This document shows, piece by piece, positions 30,796 to 34,130 of a stretch of 34,130 bases of DNA (position 1 is its first letter; each line of letters opens with the position of its first letter). The stretch lies in the sequence record SRR22947725_1903; one strand, 5' to 3'. The position numbers were made by a program, and so were the translations under genes. Under the pieces are notes generated by a model. The model ran no database searches. It was given only the letters and a program-made list of their open reading frames with translations, and was not told the DNA's origin.

Positions 30796-30862
30796 ATGAT
30801 AATTATCAACAGTTTTAAGATAATATTACACCATTTAAACTTTCAATAGTTTTTTAGATTTG
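30796..30862 (+). promoter_or_regulatory. S1_15 sulfatase promoter: tandem activator boxes plus consensus -7 box
   Basis: ATGATAA (30796) and AAGATAA (30817) are 21 nt apart; perfect TAnnTTTG (TAGATTTG) at 30855-30862 (offset 42). Confidence 0.7.
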
Positions 30863-30882
30863 AGACGAATAATGCCACCACA

Positions 30883-32409
30883 ATGAAAAAATATACGTTT
30901 CTATTTATTGTCTTTATAGCTCTAAACCTTGTAGGTTGTGCAAAAGATCCACAAAATCCCAATATAATTATTATATACACTGATGATTTGGGCTATGGAG
31001 ATGTAAGTGCTTATGGAGCTACAGAAATTAGCACACCCAATATGGATTTTTTAGCAAATCATGGCGTTCAATTTTCCCAAGGTTATGCCTCATCCGCTAC
31101 GTGCACGCCCAGTAGGTATGCGCTTTTAACAGGAACCTATCCTTGGAAAGAAAAACGAGCTCGCATCCTTCCTGGAACAGCCCCTTTAATTATTGATACA
31201 GCTCAAATAACATTGCCCAAAATGCTTAAAAATCAAGGATACGAAACAGCAGTCATTGGAAAATGGCATCTTGGCCTAGGCACAGGGCAAGTAGATTGGA
31301 ATTCCCATATTAGTCCGGGACCAAATGAGATAGGATTTGATCACGCTTACATTATGGCAGCAACACAGGATAGAGTGCCAACTGTTTATATTGAGAATGG
31401 TTACGTGGATGGTTTAGATCCATCAGACCCCATTGAAATCAGTTACAAAAGGAATTATGAAGGTCAGGCAACAGGAAAAAATAATCCTGAATTATTGTCA
31501 ATGATGTGGCACCATGGGCATAACGGTACTATCGTAAACGGCGTTCCTAGAATAGGTTTTATGAAAGGGGGCGAATCTGCAAAGTGGAGTGATATAGATA
31601 TGGCAGATCATTTCCTTAATAAGGTTAAAAAATATATCAAATCAAAAAAAGATAAACCATTCTTTTTGTACTATGGCATGCAACAACCTCACGTACCACG
31701 TACTCCGCATCCACGTTTTGTAGGGGCTACTTCTTTAGGTCCCAGAGGAGATGTGATTGCTGAAGCTGATTGGTGTGTTGGCGAGCTTATTAAGACGCTA
31801 GAAGAAGAGGGGCTTTTGGAAAATACGTTAATCGTGTTTTCAAGTGATAACGGTCCTGTCCTAAACGATGGTTACTATGACGATGCGGTTGAGAAAAATG
31901 GAAATCATACGGCAGCAGGTGTGTTGCGAGGGGGTAAATACAGCCTATTTGAAGCCGGTACGAGGGTTCCTTTTATGGTGTATTGGAAAGGAAAGATTCA
32001 GCACAAAAAATCTGATGCCTTGGTGAGTCAATTGGATTTATTTTCTTCTTTGGCCAGATTGACAGGAAGTGATCTTCGAGCCGATTACAGTTTAGATTTG
32101 TTAGATACCTTTATGGGCAATAGTGATCTCGGGCGCAAGGAGTTGATTTTGGAGGCAACAACACGCACTGCTTTTAGAAGCGGTGATTGGGTTATGATTC
32201 CTCCTTACATTGGACCTGCTAAGTTAAAAGCTGTTAATATTGAAATCGGTAACAGTAACAACTACCAACTTTACGATCTTTCGCAAGATATAAGCCAACA
32301 AGTTAATTTGGCAGAGTCAAAGCCAGAAAAACTCAACGAAATGATTCTCAGATTCAAAGAAATTAGGGGGGAGGATTACAAGAAGATTAAAAAATTAGAG
32401 CTTAAGTAG
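30883..32409 (+). CDS. S1 sulfatase (S1_15-like arylsulfatase), lipoprotein
   Basis: Lipobox LVGC; TDDLGYGD, SATCTPSRYALLTG, GKWHLG, AATQDRVP, PHVPR.P, SSDNGP. Stop overlaps the convergent aldolase gene by 8 nt. Confidence 0.92.
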   Translation: MKKYTFLFIVFIALNLVGCAKDPQNPNIIIIYTDDLGYGDVSAYGATEISTPNMDFLANHGVQFSQGYASSATCTPSRYALLTGTYPWKEKRARILPGTAPLIIDTAQITLPKMLKNQGYETAVIGKWHLGLGTGQVDWNSHISPGPNEIGFDHAYIMAATQDRVPTVYIENGYVDGLDPSDPIEISYKRNYEGQATGKNNPELLSMMWHHGHNGTIVNGVPRIGFMKGGESAKWSDIDMADHFLNKVKKYIKSKKDKPFFLYYGMQQPHVPRTPHPRFVGATSLGPRGDVIAEADWCVGELIKTLEEEGLLENTLIVFSSDNGPVLNDGYYDDAVEKNGNHTAAGVLRGGKYSLFEAGTRVPFMVYWKGKIQHKKSDALVSQLDLFSSLARLTGSDLRADYSLDLLDTFMGNSDLGRKELILEATTRTAFRSGDWVMIPPYIGPAKLKAVNIEIGNSNNYQLYDLSQDISQQVNLAESKPEKLNEMILRFKEIRGEDYKKIKKLELK

Positions 32410-33073
32410 TCCTCACTTTTTGAATGATTGCAAGAGCTTGACGCACACTGTTTTCTAATTTCTTAAAATCTTGGTTCTTAACAATCTCTTTGCTGATAAG
32501 TTTTGAACCCATTCCAACGCAAGTAACGCCTGCATCAAACCAACCCTTGAGGTTTTCTTCAGTTGGCGATACGCCTCCTGTGGGCATAATACTGGTCCAT
32601 GGTTGTGGTCCTTTAACCGCTTTTATGAAGTTAGGGCCATAAATACCTCCCGGAAATAACTTCACAACTTCTGCACCCAGCTCTTCAGCCTTGGCAATCT
32701 CGGTGAGTGAACCACAGCCTGGTGACCACAACACTTTTCTGCGGTTGCACACCACAGCAATATCTTCCCTAAGTACGGGCGTTACAACAAAATTTGCACC
32801 GTTTAGCATATAAGCAGATGCAGCCCCTGCGTCTGTTACAGAACCAACGCCCATAATCATCCCAGAGAGTTCTTTTACTGCATATTTGGTGAGTTCGGTA
32901 AATACCTCAAGGGCAAAGTCACCACGGTTGGTAAACTCCATAAGGCGTGCACCGCCGTCATAGCAGGCCTTTAATACCTTTTTGGCGACTTCGATATCGC
33001 TGTGGAAGAAAAGAGGCACCATGCCGCTCTCTTTCATCGTTTGTGCTATTTCTATTCTTGTAAACTGTGCCAT
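32402..33073 (-). CDS. eda: KDPG/KHG aldolase (bifunctional 4-hydroxy-2-oxoglutarate/2-dehydro-3-deoxy-phosphogluconate aldolase)
   Basis: EFTNR, GVGSV.D, GA.F.V.P, PGC.S.TE, Schiff-base VKLFP, MPTGGV, VGMGS. Confidence 0.93.
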   Translation of the reverse strand: MAQFTRIEIAQTMKESGMVPLFFHSDIEVAKKVLKACYDGGARLMEFTNRGDFALEVFTELTKYAVKELSGMIMGVGSVTDAGAASAYMLNGANFVVTPVLREDIAVVCNRRKVLWSPGCGSLTEIAKAEELGAEVVKLFPGGIYGPNFIKAVKGPQPWTSIMPTGGVSPTEENLKGWFDAGVTCVGMGSKLISKEIVKNQDFKKLENSVRQALAIIQKVRTT

Positions 33074-33083
33074 ATCTATTGGT

Positions 33084-34130
33084 TTAACGGGCTACACGAC
33101 CTGATGCGTCGCCGCCCATGAGTTTTTCTACTTCCGCAACTGTCACAAGGTTGGCATCACCTTTTATGGTATGCTTTAAGCAAGAGGCTGCTACAGCAAA
33201 GTCTAGTGCATGCTGGTCGTTGTCTGGATATTTTAATAGTCCATAAATAAGTCCACCCATAAACGAGTCTCCACCACCTACACGGTCTACAATGTCCGTG
33301 ATTTGATACTGGGTGGTGTCGTACATGGTTTTTCCGTCATACAATACGCCTGCCCATGTGTTGTGTGAAGCCGATATCGAACCTCTAAGGGTTGTAATTA
33401 CTTTTTTGGCCTTTGGGAACTTCTCCATCATTTGCTTGCACACAGACAAAAACGCTTCCGCTTTTACATCATGACCTTGGGTTTGTACACTTATTCCTTC
33501 GGGCTTAATACCAAAATGCATTTCGGCATCTTCTTCGTTTCCGAGTACAACATCGCAATACGATGTAAGCTCGGTCATGATTTTTTCACGGTGCGCATCA
33601 TTGCAATATTTCCAAAGCTTGGCACGGTAGTTCAAATCTGTAGAAATGGTAATTCCTTTTTCACTTGCGATTTTCACAGCTTCCAGGCAAGCATCTGCTG
33701 CAGACTGTGAAATGGCAGGGGTAATCCCTGTCCAGTGGAACCATTCCACCCCTTCAAAGGCTTTGTCCCAATCCACCATTCCAGGCTCAATCTCAGACAT
33801 GGCCGAGTGGGCTCTGTCATAAACCACTTTACTGCCTCGATTGACAGCACCAGTCTCTAGGAAATAAATCCCCAAACGGTCTCCTCCACGAAGCATAAAA
33901 TCGGTTTCAACACCACGTTTGCGCATTTCCATAAGCGCACATTCTCCGATGTCGTTACTGGGAACACGCGAGACAAAACGTACTGGAACGCCATAATTTG
34001 CTAAAGAAACAGCAACATTAGATTCGCCACCGCCATAGATGACATCAAAAGAGTTGGTTTGAGAGAAACGTAAAAATCCCGGAGGGGCTAAACGCAACAT
34101 GATTTCACCAAAAGTGACTACTTTTTTCAT
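33084..34130 (-). CDS. kdgK: 2-dehydro-3-deoxygluconokinase (PfkB family)
   Basis: FGEIMLRL, GGGE.NVAVSLA, YDRAHS, DLNYR.KLW, NEED, DRVGGGDSF; ATG is the last 3 nt of the window. Confidence 0.93.
   Translation of the reverse strand: MKKVVTFGEIMLRLAPPGFLRFSQTNSFDVIYGGGESNVAVSLANYGVPVRFVSRVPSNDIGECALMEMRKRGVETDFMLRGGDRLGIYFLETGAVNRGSKVVYDRAHSAMSEIEPGMVDWDKAFEGVEWFHWTGITPAISQSAADACLEAVKIASEKGITISTDLNYRAKLWKYCNDAHREKIMTELTSYCDVVLGNEEDAEMHFGIKPEGISVQTQGHDVKAEAFLSVCKQMMEKFPKAKKVITTLRGSISASHNTWAGVLYDGKTMYDTTQYQITDIVDRVGGGDSFMGGLIYGLLKYPDNDQHALDFAVAASCLKHTIKGDANLVTVAEVEKLMGGDASGRVAR

Overview
34 kb from a marine Bacteroidota (Flavobacteriaceae-like) genome, inferred from T9SS C-terminal domains, lipoprotein signals and TAnnTTTG-type -7 promoter boxes. 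Almost the whole window is one locus for degrading sulfated red-algal galactan, most likely carrageenan. It encodes six Cys-type S1 sulfatases, a GH2 beta-galactosidase, a GH16 lipoprotein, a T9SS-secreted beta-helix protein, two CBM-like proteins, an O-acetylesterase and an AraC regulator. It also has a 3,6-anhydro-D-galactose catabolic operon (cycloisomerase, dehydrogenase, HpcH aldolase, RhaT-like permease), galK-galT-SSS permease and kdgK-eda. The main new signal from the raw sequence is a conserved promoter architecture: WnGnTAA-N14-WnGnTAA, with the proximal box starting 40-42 nt before the TTT(G/A/C) of a -7 box. It sits in front of 8 transcription units, including the otherwise unassigned YceI-family and DUF5916 genes, and so defines a putative AraC regulon. 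Other highlights are an HpcH aldolase where DauC/DauD would normally be (possible non-phosphorylative route), a beta-helix protein with a GH136-like Asp pair, and a pair of related unclassified CBM-like domains. Family assignments come from motif recognition and recall, not database searches.
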